Assembly: GCA_045653035.1 (NCBI GenBank) | Contig: JAZOLO010000006.1 | Location: forward strand, 21,066 to 85,065 | Source: Eubacteriales bacterium | Lineage (GTDB): Bacteria > Bacillota > Clostridia > Oscillospirales > SIG627 | DNA length: 64,000 nucleotides | Direction of reading: 5' to 3' | In this document: positions 44,161-53,929 of the stretch, in pieces | How the letters are laid out: each line of letters opens with the position of its first letter | How positions within the stretch are numbered: position 1 is the first letter of the stretch | Position numbers and translations under genes: made by a program | Notes under the pieces: generated by a model | What the model saw: only the letters and a program-made list of their open reading frames with translations | Database searches by the model: none | What the model was told of the DNA's origin: nothing

Positions 44161-45441
44161 GTGAAAAATCCAAGGAAGCTTGCATTTGACAGTCTCAAGA
44201 GATGCGAAAAGGACGGCAAATACTCAAACCTTGAGGTTGCTTCCCGCATTTCGTCAAACGAACTGGATTCACGTGACAAGAGCCTTTATACCGCCCTTGT
44301 CTACGGAGTAATTGAAAAAAGAATATCTCTTGATGCACTCATTTCAAAATTTTCTAAAAAGCCTGTTTCTGATATTGACCGTGAGGCACTCGTTGCTCTA
44401 AGGCTCGGACTCTATCAGATAGCCTTTATGGACAGAATACCCACCCACTCCGCTTGTGACGAGTCGGTGGAGCTTGTAAAGAGCTCGGGGAAAAAGGCGG
44501 CAGTGCCCTTTGTCAACGCAGTTTTACGCTCGGCTGTAAAGGAGCGTGAGTCTTTTGAGAGAATTTTAAGGGAGGCAGGGGAGAGTGCTCTCTACTCTAT
44601 GCCACAATTTATCATTTCTCTCTGGCGTGAGGGCTACGGCGAGGAGATGACGGCGAAGCTTCTTTTGGCATTTCAGAAAAAGCCCCCCGTCACCCTTCGG
44701 GTAAATACTCTTAAAATATCGACAGAAGGTCTTTTTGAAAAGCTTATAGAGAGCGGTGCAAAGGTAGAAAGGCATCCATTTGCTAGGGATATTATAATTC
44801 TTTTATCAGGAAGCGTTGAGGGGCTTTACGGCTATAGTGAGGGCTATTTCTTCGTTCAGGGTACAGGCTCTTACATGGCGGTAAAGGCACTTTCTCCAAA
44901 GGCGGGTGAGCGTATTATCGACACCTGTGCCTGTCCCGGAGGAAAGAGCTTTTCCGCATCGGTTGAGATGAAAAACAAGGGAGAGGTATTCTCCTTTGAC
45001 CTACATAAAAATAAGCTCTCTCTAATTGAAAAGGGTGCAAAAAGACTTGGGATTGATATAATTCAAGCAGAGGAAAACAATGCCAACAATCCACCTGCAC
45101 ACCTTATCGGTACTGCCGACGGCGTAATATGCGACGTGCCCTGCTCGGGACTTGGTATTATTGCCAAAAAGCCCGACATAAAATATAAGGATGCGGAGGA
45201 TATAAAAAGACTTCCCGAGGTTCAATGTTCAATCCTTCAAAATTCTTCTAAGTACCTGAAAAAAGGCGGTAGGCTGGTTTATTCCACCTGCACCCTCAAC
45301 CCCGAGGAAAACGAGAGGGTAACCGAAGAATTTTTGCAGGAACACACCGATTTTCACAGAGCAGAGGGGTATCCTGTTACGGTATTTCCCTTTGACGGAT
45401 ACGAGGACGGCTTTTTCTACGACCTCTTAATTAAGGACTAG
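44161..45441 (+). CDS. rsmB: 16S rRNA (cytosine967-C5)-methyltransferase
   Basis: NusB-like N-terminus, DTCACPGGKS, and YSTCTLNPEENE. GTG start. Confidence 0.85.
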   Translation: MKNPRKLAFDSLKRCEKDGKYSNLEVASRISSNELDSRDKSLYTALVYGVIEKRISLDALISKFSKKPVSDIDREALVALRLGLYQIAFMDRIPTHSACDESVELVKSSGKKAAVPFVNAVLRSAVKERESFERILREAGESALYSMPQFIISLWREGYGEEMTAKLLLAFQKKPPVTLRVNTLKISTEGLFEKLIESGAKVERHPFARDIIILLSGSVEGLYGYSEGYFFVQGTGSYMAVKALSPKAGERIIDTCACPGGKSFSASVEMKNKGEVFSFDLHKNKLSLIEKGAKRLGIDIIQAEENNANNPPAHLIGTADGVICDVPCSGLGIIAKKPDIKYKDAEDIKRLPEVQCSILQNSSKYLKKGGRLVYSTCTLNPEENERVTEEFLQEHTDFHRAEGYPVTVFPFDGYEDGFFYDLLIKD

Positions 45442-45443
45442 AT

Positions 45444-46505
45444 ATGGAAAAAATAGATATAAAAAGTATGACAATAGAAGAAATCCGAGAGGATATTTCG
45501 GCCCTCGGACTTCCGAAATTCCGTGCCGACCAGATTTATAAATGGCTGTATCACTCTCTTGTCACCGACTTCCACGAGATGACCAATATCCCTAAAGCCT
45601 TACAGGATACTTTGGCGGAAAGGTACGAGATAACCGCACCAAAAATTGTGTCAAAGCTTGTGTCAAGGCTTGACGGCACCGAAAAGTATCTACTCGCTCT
45701 TTCCGACGGTAACATAATCGAAACCGTACTTATGAGATACGAGCATGGAAACAGCGTGTGCGTTTCAACTCAGGTCGGTTGCAGAATGGGCTGTGCCTTT
45801 TGTGCTTCTACAAAAAACGGATTTGTCAGAGGGCTTAGACCCTCGGAAATTCTTTCCGAAATTGAAACGGTCACCCGTGAGCATAAGGGGGACAGCGAGC
45901 CCTTCCGTGTTTCAAATATCGTTCTAATGGGAATAGGTGAGCCTCTTGACAACTATGACAACGTAATAAAGTTTTTACACCTTGTAAACGATGAAAAGGG
46001 TCTCGGCATAGGATACAGACACATTTCTCTTTCCACCTGCGGTCTTGTGGACGGGATTTTGAGACTTGCAAAAGAGGAGCTTCCCATAACTCTCTCCATA
46101 TCCCTTCACGCACCAAACGATGAAATAAGAAGCAAGACCATGCCCATAAATCGCCGTTACAATATAGAAACGCTTCTCGGGGCGTGTCGTGAATACCAGA
46201 AGATTTGCGGAAGAAGAATAAGCTTTGAATACGCTCTTATTTCGGGAGTGAACGACTCTCCCGCACATGCAAAAGAGCTTGCTTCAAGGCTTCGTGGCAT
46301 AATGTGCCACGTCAATCTCATTCCGGTAAACGCAATTCGTGAAAAAAATTTCAAAAAATCCACAAAAAACGACATAATTCTCTTTACAAATACCTTGAAA
46401 AATTGTAAAATAAATGCGACGGTTCGCAGAAAGCTCGGCTCGGATATAGATGCCGCCTGCGGACAGCTCAGAAACGACCATATAAAAGATACGGCAAAAA
46501 TTTAA
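45444..46505 (+). CDS. rlmN: 23S rRNA/tRNA (adenine-C2)-methyltransferase, radical SAM
   Basis: CRMGCAFCAS cluster motif and RlmN-type length. Confidence 0.9.
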   Translation: MEKIDIKSMTIEEIREDISALGLPKFRADQIYKWLYHSLVTDFHEMTNIPKALQDTLAERYEITAPKIVSKLVSRLDGTEKYLLALSDGNIIETVLMRYEHGNSVCVSTQVGCRMGCAFCASTKNGFVRGLRPSEILSEIETVTREHKGDSEPFRVSNIVLMGIGEPLDNYDNVIKFLHLVNDEKGLGIGYRHISLSTCGLVDGILRLAKEELPITLSISLHAPNDEIRSKTMPINRRYNIETLLGACREYQKICGRRISFEYALISGVNDSPAHAKELASRLRGIMCHVNLIPVNAIREKNFKKSTKNDIILFTNTLKNCKINATVRRKLGSDIDAACGQLRNDHIKDTAKI

Positions 46506-46514
46506 GAAAGGAGG

Positions 46515-47276
46515 ATGGGTATGCAGATTTTCGGTACCAGTGACGTAGGAAAGATAAGAAGTCTCAACGAGGATAATTTCAGTGTCGAGACAGATAACGG
46601 AATAGTGGTGGCACTCGTTTGTGACGGGATGGGCGGTGCACAGGCAGGCGAGGTAGCAAGCAGAATAGCCTGCAAAAGGTTTTCCGAGAGCATAATGCCC
46701 ATACTCCGTAAGATAAAAGAAAGCGTTTCGGACAGAGCGGAGTTCATAATATCCGTTGACAGAGCAATTTACGAGGCGACAGACCTTTCAAACACCGAGG
46801 TCTTCAAAAAATCCTCTGCCGATAAAAAGCTTTCGGGAATGGGTACGACTCTTTCGGGCTGCGTTATAGTGGGTGATATTCTCTGGACCTTCAATATAGG
46901 AGACAGCAGAGTATATCACATAACCGAGGATAAATCCGAACAGCTTACCGTTGACCATTCCTTTGTACAGGCACTTCTCGATGCAGGTAAGATAACCGAG
47001 GAGGAGGCGCAAAGCCACCCCAACCGCAACGTTATAATGAGAGCACTTGGAATATCCCGTGACGTTGTTTGCGACGTTTGCCACATGGACCTTGAATCGG
47101 GATATTACCTTATATGCAGTGACGGACTTTCCAACTATTATGACGAGGATTATTTTATAAAAACCGTCACCTCGGGAAAACCTATTTCCGAGAAGGTTGA
47201 AAGACTTGTTTCCCATGCCAACAGTAAAGGCGGCTCGGATAACATAACGGCGGTGCTTATAGATACCGAGAAGTGA
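46515..47276 (+). CDS. stp: PP2C-family Ser/Thr phosphatase
   Basis: RSLNEDNF, DGMGG and GGSDNITAV motifs. Confidence 0.9.
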   Translation: MGMQIFGTSDVGKIRSLNEDNFSVETDNGIVVALVCDGMGGAQAGEVASRIACKRFSESIMPILRKIKESVSDRAEFIISVDRAIYEATDLSNTEVFKKSSADKKLSGMGTTLSGCVIVGDILWTFNIGDSRVYHITEDKSEQLTVDHSFVQALLDAGKITEEEAQSHPNRNVIMRALGISRDVVCDVCHMDLESGYYLICSDGLSNYYDEDYFIKTVTSGKPISEKVERLVSHANSKGGSDNITAVLIDTEK

Positions 47277-47292
47277 AAAGGTGGAGGAAAAA

Positions 47293-49344
47293 ATGAGTAC
47301 AAACGATAAATTCGATGCCCTCATCGGACAAGTTATAGACGACAGATACAAGATACTTTCCGTTGTAGGTATCGGCGGAATGTCGGTAGTCTTTAAGGCA
47401 GAGGACACAAAGGAAAAAAGAGTCGTTGCCATAAAGGTACTGAATGAGGTTACCGACGGAGACAGTCAGGCTGTAAAAAGATTTGTTAACGAATCACGTG
47501 CCATTTCAATGCTCTCCCACGAAAACATAGTAAAGGTTTACGATATGTCCCTCAAGGACGACCTTAAATATATCGTAATGGAGCTTGTTGACGGAAAGAC
47601 ACTCAAGGAGTATATGGCAGAGAGAAACAACCGCCTTCCCTTTGAGGAGACCGTAAATTTTATAGAGCAAATTCTACTCGCCCTTGAACACGCACATGAA
47701 AAGGGAGTAATACACAGAGATATAAAGCCTCACAATATGATAGTGCTTCCCGACGGAAAGCTTAAGGTTACCGACTTCGGTATTGCTAAAGCACCCGGCG
47801 GTGATACCATTTCAATGACGGATAAGGCACTTGGCACCGTTTACTATATCAGCCCCGAGCAGGCAAGCGGTAAGCCCACAGGCACATATTCCGATATATA
47901 TTCAGTGGGAATAATGCTTTACGAGATGGCAACGGGTAAGCTTCCCTTTGATGCAGATACACCTGTATCGGTAGCCATGAAGCAGATAAGCGACGAGCCA
48001 CAGAAGCCCCGTGAGATAGAGCCCTCACTTCCCGAGGGAATAGAGCAGATAATTCTTAAGGCGATATCTAAAAGTCCAGAAAACAGATTTAAATCTGCAC
48101 GTTCAATGCTTCGTGCCGTGCGTATACTCAAGGAAAATCCTATGGTAGTCTTTGAGGTAAAGGAGCAGAACGCACCGAAAGGCGGAAATACAGTGGCACA
48201 GAATAAAAAGAAACCCTATCGCAAGCCCATAAGTAAGGGTACGGGCAAGCCTGCGAAGGTTACCTTCTTCCCTATAATACTCGGTATAGTTATGGCGTTT
48301 TTTTCAGTACTCGTCATATCTGCTATCGTTGTCTTGATGGGACTATTTAAGGCAGGTACGAGCAGCGGAGACGACGTAATATACGCCGAAGTGCCCGACC
48401 TTGTAGGAGCAGTTTATGAGGAAGAAATGAAGGAGAAATATCTTGAAGACCACTTCAAGATTGAGGTAGTATGGGCTGACAGACTCAACGACTCCTACGG
48501 CTACGGTGAGATTTACAACACAAAGCCCTCGGCAGGTGAGGTAAAGAAGATTAAGAACTCAACTGGTACGACTGACCTTATTCTTTACGTTAACCCTCTT
48601 GAGGGAAGCGCCCTCTTTGCAGATTACACTATAATGACAGAGGCGGAGGCGAAAATTGCACTCAGACGTCACGGATTTAACAACGTCGTGGTGGTTAAAT
48701 CACCTCACGATACAGTCCTCTCGGGCTACGTTTACGATACCTACCCGAGAGAAGGACAGATGGTGTCACAGGATGACGAAATAACCCTTTACGTCAGCAC
48801 AGGAAAGAAGCTTCAGAACGTAATTGCAATGCCCGACCTTGTAGGTAAGACCAAGGGACAGGCAATGATAGATTTAAAGGACTTTGAGGTGGAATTTATA
48901 ACAGTTTCAAACTCCTCGTCGGTAGGTACTGTAGTAAGACAAAGCGTTACTCCCTTTACCGTAATTTCTCCCGAGTTCTGCGACAAGATTACTCTTTTTG
49001 TCAGCGACGGAAACGGCAAGACGGGACTTGATACCGACAGCCTTTATCTCTATATGCCAAACCTTGAGGGCAAGGAGCTCTCCGCCGCATCGGTTGAGCT
49101 TGAAAAGTTCATTTCAAACGGAATAAAGGTAGTTTATAAGCCTTCTGAGGAGTCAGCGGAAATAGGTATTATCGTATCTCAAAGCCTTGAAGCAGGCAGT
49201 AAGATAATGGTAAACTATTCGGGTGAAATCGTTATCTACTACGGCACGGGAATAAAAGAGCCCGACGAACCTGTAATATCTGATGAACCAAAAACACCTG
49301 ACGAGCCTGAAGAGTCACAGGGCGGACCAATAGTAATAGTATAA
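47293..49344 (+). CDS. prkC: Ser/Thr protein kinase with extracellular PASTA repeats
   Basis: HRDIKPHN and DFGIA motifs, a TM segment, and three or more PASTA-like repeats. Start at ATG 47293 after GGAGGAAAAA. Confidence 0.9.
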   Translation: MSTNDKFDALIGQVIDDRYKILSVVGIGGMSVVFKAEDTKEKRVVAIKVLNEVTDGDSQAVKRFVNESRAISMLSHENIVKVYDMSLKDDLKYIVMELVDGKTLKEYMAERNNRLPFEETVNFIEQILLALEHAHEKGVIHRDIKPHNMIVLPDGKLKVTDFGIAKAPGGDTISMTDKALGTVYYISPEQASGKPTGTYSDIYSVGIMLYEMATGKLPFDADTPVSVAMKQISDEPQKPREIEPSLPEGIEQIILKAISKSPENRFKSARSMLRAVRILKENPMVVFEVKEQNAPKGGNTVAQNKKKPYRKPISKGTGKPAKVTFFPIILGIVMAFFSVLVISAIVVLMGLFKAGTSSGDDVIYAEVPDLVGAVYEEEMKEKYLEDHFKIEVVWADRLNDSYGYGEIYNTKPSAGEVKKIKNSTGTTDLILYVNPLEGSALFADYTIMTEAEAKIALRRHGFNNVVVVKSPHDTVLSGYVYDTYPREGQMVSQDDEITLYVSTGKKLQNVIAMPDLVGKTKGQAMIDLKDFEVEFITVSNSSSVGTVVRQSVTPFTVISPEFCDKITLFVSDGNGKTGLDTDSLYLYMPNLEGKELSAASVELEKFISNGIKVVYKPSEESAEIGIIVSQSLEAGSKIMVNYSGEIVIYYGTGIKEPDEPVISDEPKTPDEPEESQGGPIVIV

Positions 49345-49388
49345 TTTTTAAAGAGGGGAGCTTCCCCTCTTTAATGATAGAGAGGATT

Positions 49389-50288
49389 ATGAATAACGGA
49401 AAAATTTTAAGCTGTGTCGGAGGAATATATACCGTAAAGTGCGGTGATACCCTTTATGAATGCTATGCAAAGGGGTCTTTCCGCCATGACGGACTCACCC
49501 CCATGGCAGGGGACGAGGTAGCCTTTGAAACCGATGAGGGGGGGAAGGGCTTTATAACTAAAGTGCTTGAGCGTAAAAACTTTCTCATCCGTCCCGAGGT
49601 TGCGAATATCGGCGTTATGTTTATGGTGTTCGCCCTCCATTCTCCCGACCCGAATTTTCTTGCCATAGATAAGCTCACCGCTCTTGCCGAGCACGCTGAA
49701 ATCGAGTCGGTTATAGTATTCAACAAAAGCGATATTGCGGACGAGAAGAATAAAAAAGAAATTACGGACGTGTACGAGAGGGCAGGATACCCCGTAATAG
49801 TCCTTTCCGCCGCCGATAATCCCACAGAGGTCAGAGATAAGCTTTACCCCTTTGCCAAGGGTAAGGTGGCAGTTTTCACAGGCCCTTCGGGAGTTGGAAA
49901 AAGCACTATTATAAACGCCCTTTATCCCACCCTTTCCCTTGAAACGGGAAAGATAAGCGAAAAGAACAGACGAGGAAAGAATACTACACGTACCACTACC
50001 CTCTATCCTGTGGACGGGGAAGGTACATACCTTGTGGATACACCAGGCTTTACACTACTTGATTTTGACCGCTTCCGCTTTATGAAAAAGGAGGAGCTTG
50101 TTTTTGCCTTCCGTGAATACGCACCCCTTGCCCTTGAATGCAGATATACGAAATGCACTCACACCAAGGAGGAGGGCTGTAAAATTCTTGAGAAGATAAA
50201 TGACGGAACACTGCCCGTCTCCCGTCACGAAAGCTTTCTTTCTCTTTGGGAAATACTTAAAAACCACAAGGATTGGGAAAAGAATTAA
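49389..50288 (+). CDS. rsgA: Ribosome small-subunit-dependent GTPase A
   Basis: VFNKSD, GPSGVGKST and a zinc knuckle (CRYTKCTHTKEEGC). Start chosen at ATG 49389 after GAGAGG. Confidence 0.9.
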   Translation: MNNGKILSCVGGIYTVKCGDTLYECYAKGSFRHDGLTPMAGDEVAFETDEGGKGFITKVLERKNFLIRPEVANIGVMFMVFALHSPDPNFLAIDKLTALAEHAEIESVIVFNKSDIADEKNKKEITDVYERAGYPVIVLSAADNPTEVRDKLYPFAKGKVAVFTGPSGVGKSTIINALYPTLSLETGKISEKNRRGKNTTRTTTLYPVDGEGTYLVDTPGFTLLDFDRFRFMKKEELVFAFREYAPLALECRYTKCTHTKEEGCKILEKINDGTLPVSRHESFLSLWEILKNHKDWEKN

Positions 50289-50296
50289 AAAAAGTC

Positions 50297-50325
50297 TTGA
50301 CAAAAGAAGAGTTATAGTGTAAAAT
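50297..50325 (+). promoter_or_regulatory. Sigma-A promoter of ylxM-ffh
   Basis: TTGACA-17 nt-TAAAAT. Confidence 0.6.
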
Positions 50326-50357
50326 ATGCAAGGTGTAAAGAAAAAATATTTACACCT

Positions 50358-50669
50358 ATGGAGAGAACAGTGAAAGAAAAAGATTTTTCGGTTTGCCTGT
50401 TATACGATATATATGCACCGCTGATAAGCGAAAAGAAGAGGACTGTGTTCGAGCTTTCCTTCTGGGAGGATATGTCACTGTCCGAGATTGCGGAGCATAC
50501 GGGTACGACGCGTCAGGGTGTCAGAGAGCTTATAAAGAGAACTATTGACGAGCTTGAAAGCCTTGAAAGCCTCATGAACTTAAAGGAGATAAAGGATAAA
50601 CTTCTCCATGTGGCAGAGGTAACAAAGGACAAGGATACCGCCGAAAAGATAAGAAGCCTTTTAGCGTAA
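50358..50669 (+). CDS. ylxM: UPF0122/YlxM putative DNA-binding protein
   Basis: Sigma-70 region-4-like HTH (MSLSEIAEHTGTTRQGVRELIKR) immediately upstream of ffh. The start may instead be GTG 50370. Confidence 0.8.
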   Translation: MERTVKEKDFSVCLLYDIYAPLISEKKRTVFELSFWEDMSLSEIAEHTGTTRQGVRELIKRTIDELESLESLMNLKEIKDKLLHVAEVTKDKDTAEKIRSLLA

Positions 50670-50681
50670 AGGAGGGGGTTT

Positions 50682-52010
50682 ATGTTTCAGAGTCTTACGG
50701 ATAAAATATCCGATGCCTTCAAAAAATTCAGAAACAAGGGAAAGCTCACCGAATCCGACGTTAAAGAGGGAATGCGTGAAATAAAGCTTGCGCTTCTTGA
50801 AGCAGACGTAAACTTCAAGGTGGTAAAGGCGTTTATAAATAAGGTTTCTGAAAGAGCGGTAGGCAGTGAGGTGCTTGAAAGCCTTATGCCTGCTCAACAG
50901 ATAGTTAAGATAGTTAACGAGGAGCTTTGTGCTATAATGGGTGAAAAGCACGAAAAGCTCGTTACCTCCCCCAAGCCTCCCACGGTAGTTATGATGTGCG
51001 GCTTGCAGGGTGCAGGTAAAACCACCCACGCCGCAAAGCTTGCGCTTCTTATGAAGAAGCAGGGAAGAACTCCTCTTCTCGTTGCCTGTGACGTATACCG
51101 CCCTGCCGCTATAAAACAGCTCCACGTTGTAGGAGAGCAGGTAGGTGCTAAGGTCTACTCGGAGGAAAACGAAAAGGACCCCGTTAAGATAGCAAAGAAC
51201 GGCGTTAGACTTGCAGAACGCGAGGGCTACGACCTTGTGTTTATAGATACCGCAGGACGTCTCCACATTGATGAGGTGCTGATGCATGAGCTTGAGGAGA
51301 TAAAAGCGGCGGTAAACCCCACAGAGATACTTCTCGTTATTGACGCGATGCTCGGTCAGGACGCGGTGAACGTTGCGGAGCACTTTAACTCGCTTCTCGA
51401 TATCACGGGCGTAATACTCACAAAGCTTGACGGTGACACCCGAGGCGGTGCGGCACTTTCGGTAAGACACGTAACGGGCAAGCCCATAAAGTACGTGGGT
51501 ACAGGAGAAAAGCTTGACAACATCGAGCCCTTCCATCCTGAGCGAATGGCATCGAGAATACTCGGAATGGGCGACGTACTTTCTCTTATCGAAAAGGCAC
51601 AGGAAAGCTTTGACGAGAAGAAGGCGCTGGAGCTTGAAAAGAAGCTTCGTCAACAGACCTTCACTCTATCCGATTACCTCGACCAGTTCGCACAGCTGAA
51701 GAACATGGGAAACCTTGACCAGCTTGTGGGAATGCTTCCGGGAATGAAGCCGGGTGCAATGAAGGACGTAAAGGTAGACGAAAAACAGCTTGCAAGACAA
51801 GAGGCGATAATCCTTTCGATGACCGAAAAGGAAAGGGAAAACCCCGACCTTCTGAACTCGTCGAGAAAAAAGAGAATAGCCGCAGGAAGTGGAACGTCGG
51901 TTGAAGAAATAAACAGACTTCTCAAGCAGTTTAACCAGATAAAGGAGCTTATGAAGCAGTTTACGAGGCCTGGCAAGAGGTTCGGCAGAAAATTACCCTT
52001 CGGTTTTTAA
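50682..52010 (+). CDS. ffh: Signal recognition particle protein
   Basis: [20 protein letters not shown] and a Met-rich M domain. Confidence 0.95.
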   Translation: MFQSLTDKISDAFKKFRNKGKLTESDVKEGMREIKLALLEADVNFKVVKAFINKVSERAVGSEVLESLMPAQQIVKIVNEELCAIMGEKHEKLVTSPKPPTVVMMCGLQGAGKTTHAAKLALLMKKQGRTPLLVACDVYRPAAIKQLHVVGEQVGAKVYSEENEKDPVKIAKNGVRLAEREGYDLVFIDTAGRLHIDEVLMHELEEIKAAVNPTEILLVIDAMLGQDAVNVAEHFNSLLDITGVILTKLDGDTRGGAALSVRHVTGKPIKYVGTGEKLDNIEPFHPERMASRILGMGDVLSLIEKAQESFDEKKALELEKKLRQQTFTLSDYLDQFAQLKNMGNLDQLVGMLPGMKPGAMKDVKVDEKQLARQEAIILSMTEKERENPDLLNSSRKKRIAAGSGTSVEEINRLLKQFNQIKELMKQFTRPGKRFGRKLPFGF

Positions 52011-52067
52011 TATTCGGAAACGAATTCATAAATAAAAACATAAAAATAAGCCATGGAGGTGAAAATA

Positions 52068-52313
52068 ATGGCAGTTAAAATCAGACTTAGAAGAATGGGT
52101 GCAAAGAAGGCTCCCTTTTACCGTGTAGTTGTTGCGGATTCAAGATATCCCAGAGACGGAAGATTTATCGAGGAGATTGGTTATTACAATCCTATGGCAA
52201 ATCCCGCTGAGATAAAGATTGACGTTGATGCAGCAAAGAAGTGGATTGCTAACGGTGCTCAGCCCACCGAAACTGCAAAGAGTCTTCTTAAGAAGACAGG
52301 TGCAATCGACTAA
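52068..52313 (+). CDS. rpsP: 30S ribosomal protein S16
   Basis: [26 protein letters not shown], after GGAGGTG. Confidence 0.95.
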   Translation: MAVKIRLRRMGAKKAPFYRVVVADSRYPRDGRFIEEIGYYNPMANPAEIKIDVDAAKKWIANGAQPTETAKSLLKKTGAID

Positions 52314-52331
52314 TATTTCGGAGGAACAGTT

Positions 52332-52571
52332 TTGAAGAAACTTTTAATCGACCTCGCATCGGCGATAGTCGATGTACCCGAAGAAGTAGTAGTTAACGAG
52401 CGTATGGAGGGAGATACTCTCCACCTTGAGCTCTCCGTTGCAAAAAACGACATGGGCAAGGTAATCGGCAAAGGCGGTAGAATTGCCAAAGCGATACGCA
52501 CTGTTATGAAGGCTTCTTCCACAAAGAATGATCAGCACGTGGTTGTTGATATAGTAGAAAAAGAGAGGTAA
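52332..52571 (+). CDS. KH-domain RNA-binding protein (YlqC-like)
   Basis: GKVIGKGGRIAKAIRTV is a GXXG KH motif. TTG start. Confidence 0.8.
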   Translation: MKKLLIDLASAIVDVPEEVVVNERMEGDTLHLELSVAKNDMGKVIGKGGRIAKAIRTVMKASSTKNDQHVVVDIVEKER

Positions 52572-52586
52572 AACCTCTCTTTTTTC
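52561..52586 (+). terminator. Rho-independent terminator (stop codon in the loop)
   Basis: AGAGAGG-TAAAA-CCTCTCT plus T6. Confidence 0.8.
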
Positions 52587-52602
52587 TGTTAAGCTAGATA
52601 TA

Positions 52603-52780
52603 TTTTGGTTAAAACCGAAAACTTTGTAAATTAGAAATGTTAAATGAGAAATGAGAAATTGTGGATATTTTCCTTTCAGGAAAATTACAATTGATTATAA
52701 TTTTGCTTTCAGCAAAATTTTCCGAAATTTCTAACTTCTAATTTCTAATTTCTAATTTCTAATTTCTCAATTTCTCGTCG
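52603..52780. repeat. Inverted arrays of 7-nt repeats flanking twin TTC-loop hairpins
   Basis: The 19-nt TTTTGGTTAAAACCGAAAA is at 52603-52621. A left array (ATTAGAA ATGTTAA ATGAGAA ATGAGAA) spans 52630-52660. Hairpins are ATTTTCCT-TTC-AGGAAAAT (52667-52685) and AATTTTGCT-TTC-AGCAAAATT (52699-52719). A right array of about 6-7 TTCTAAT-type units spans 52727-52776. Confidence 0.8.
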
Positions 52781-52802
52781 CTTTTTTGTAATGTTAATAA
52801 TT

Positions 52803-52860
52803 ATTATAGTTTTCGTGGGGGTGTAAGGGGGAGTGCTTTTGTAAAAAGCACTCCCCCTTA
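52803..52860. repeat. About 58-nt palindrome-containing repeat, copy 2
   Basis: ATTATAGTTTTCGTGGGGGTGTAAGGGGGAGTGCTTTTGTAAAAAGCACTCCCCCTTA. It has a perfect 14-bp stem and resembles 12321-12380. Confidence 0.7.
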
Positions 52861-52871
52861 AAATAAAACCT

Positions 52872-53789
52872 TCAATACTGCCAGTCGGCAACGTTTCCTT
52901 CGGTAATAAAGTAATTGTTTTTGATAAAATGCTTGTCGGCGGCATAAGAGTCTACGATAACAAGCTTTACTTTCATTTTGGAGGGTATAATATTCTTTAT
53001 GTAGACCGAGGCTACGTCTCCTACCTGTACACCGCCTTTCCACTCCGCAAGACCTGCAAGGTTTGGAGCAAGCTCCACGAAAATTCCGTAGCTTTCAATG
53101 CTCCTTACAATTCCTGCCACCGTCTGACCTATTTCAAAGCAGTCGGCATTTTCCTCCCACGTTCCAAGAAGCTCCTTATGAGAAAGGGCAATTCTGCCCA
53201 GTGAAATGTTGTTGGGCACCTCAATGGGCTCTTCTCTTGACTTTACCACAGCCCTGATTGACTGACCGATAGAAAATCTGTCGTCGGGGTGAGAGATGCG
53301 TGACACCGAAATGGAGTCAATGGAAAGAAGTGAAATAATACCGCAACCGATATCGCAGAAAGCACCGAAGGGTTCAAAGTGTGTAACCCTTGCATCAATA
53401 ACGTCACCTATTTCAAGGGTGTTGAGATAGTTTTTAACGCAAAGCTCCTGAGCACGTCGGCGTGAGAGGTATGCGACAGGCTCACCGCCCTCAGGGTATT
53501 CTATTCTGTCTATTACAAAAGAAACTGCCTTGCCGACTCTCGTTATAACCGCAATATCACGGGGTGCTTTTCCGTCCTCACTCCAAGCCACCTCGTCACG
53601 GGGAATGATGCCTCGGCATACACCAAGGTCAACGGATAATTCAAAACGAGAGGAACAGAGCATAACTCTTGCCTCAAGAATTTTCGAGCTTGCCCTTGCT
53701 TCTTCAAGAGAAGCCATACTGGACATAGCCTCTTTGTTTCGTGCGGTCTTTATGATAAGTCCCTCGGGAAAGTAATTTTTATCGTTCAT
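52872..53789 (-). CDS. S1 RNA-binding-domain protein
   Basis: 305 aa with repeated S1/OB-like segments (GDVIDARVTHFEPFGAFCDIG; GQTVAGIVRSIESYGIFVELAP). Confidence 0.75.
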   Translation of the reverse strand: MNDKNYFPEGLIIKTARNKEAMSSMASLEEARASSKILEARVMLCSSRFELSVDLGVCRGIIPRDEVAWSEDGKAPRDIAVITRVGKAVSFVIDRIEYPEGGEPVAYLSRRRAQELCVKNYLNTLEIGDVIDARVTHFEPFGAFCDIGCGIISLLSIDSISVSRISHPDDRFSIGQSIRAVVKSREEPIEVPNNISLGRIALSHKELLGTWEENADCFEIGQTVAGIVRSIESYGIFVELAPNLAGLAEWKGGVQVGDVASVYIKNIIPSKMKVKLVIVDSYAADKHFIKNNYFITEGNVADWQY

Positions 53790-53900
53790 ATTACGCCTCC
53801 AATGTTTTTACTTCATTTTATTCATACGTCAAATTCTTTATGCCTATTTTAATATTTCACCCATATCAAATTTTGTCATATTAAGGGAGTAAAAAAACTA

Positions 53901-53929
53901 TTCAAAAAAATTAAAAAGTATGCTACAAT
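53901..53929 (+). promoter_or_regulatory. Putative promoter of mtaB (weak -35, extended -10)
   Basis: TTCAAA-17 nt-TGc-TACAAT. Confidence 0.45.

Noticed and set aside
50661-51653. A 330-aa antisense ORF inside ffh
   Set aside because: Same codon-usage artefact. ffh on the plus strand has all the SRP54 motifs, and the antisense product has no recognisable features or RBS.
52667-52719. CodY-box-like sequences (TTTCAGGAAAATT, TTTCAGCAAAATT; also near 36095 and 62780)
   Set aside because: These are only partial matches to AATTTTCWGAAAATT. They sit in AT-rich DNA between convergent genes where no promoter is expected, so they cannot be told apart from chance by eye.
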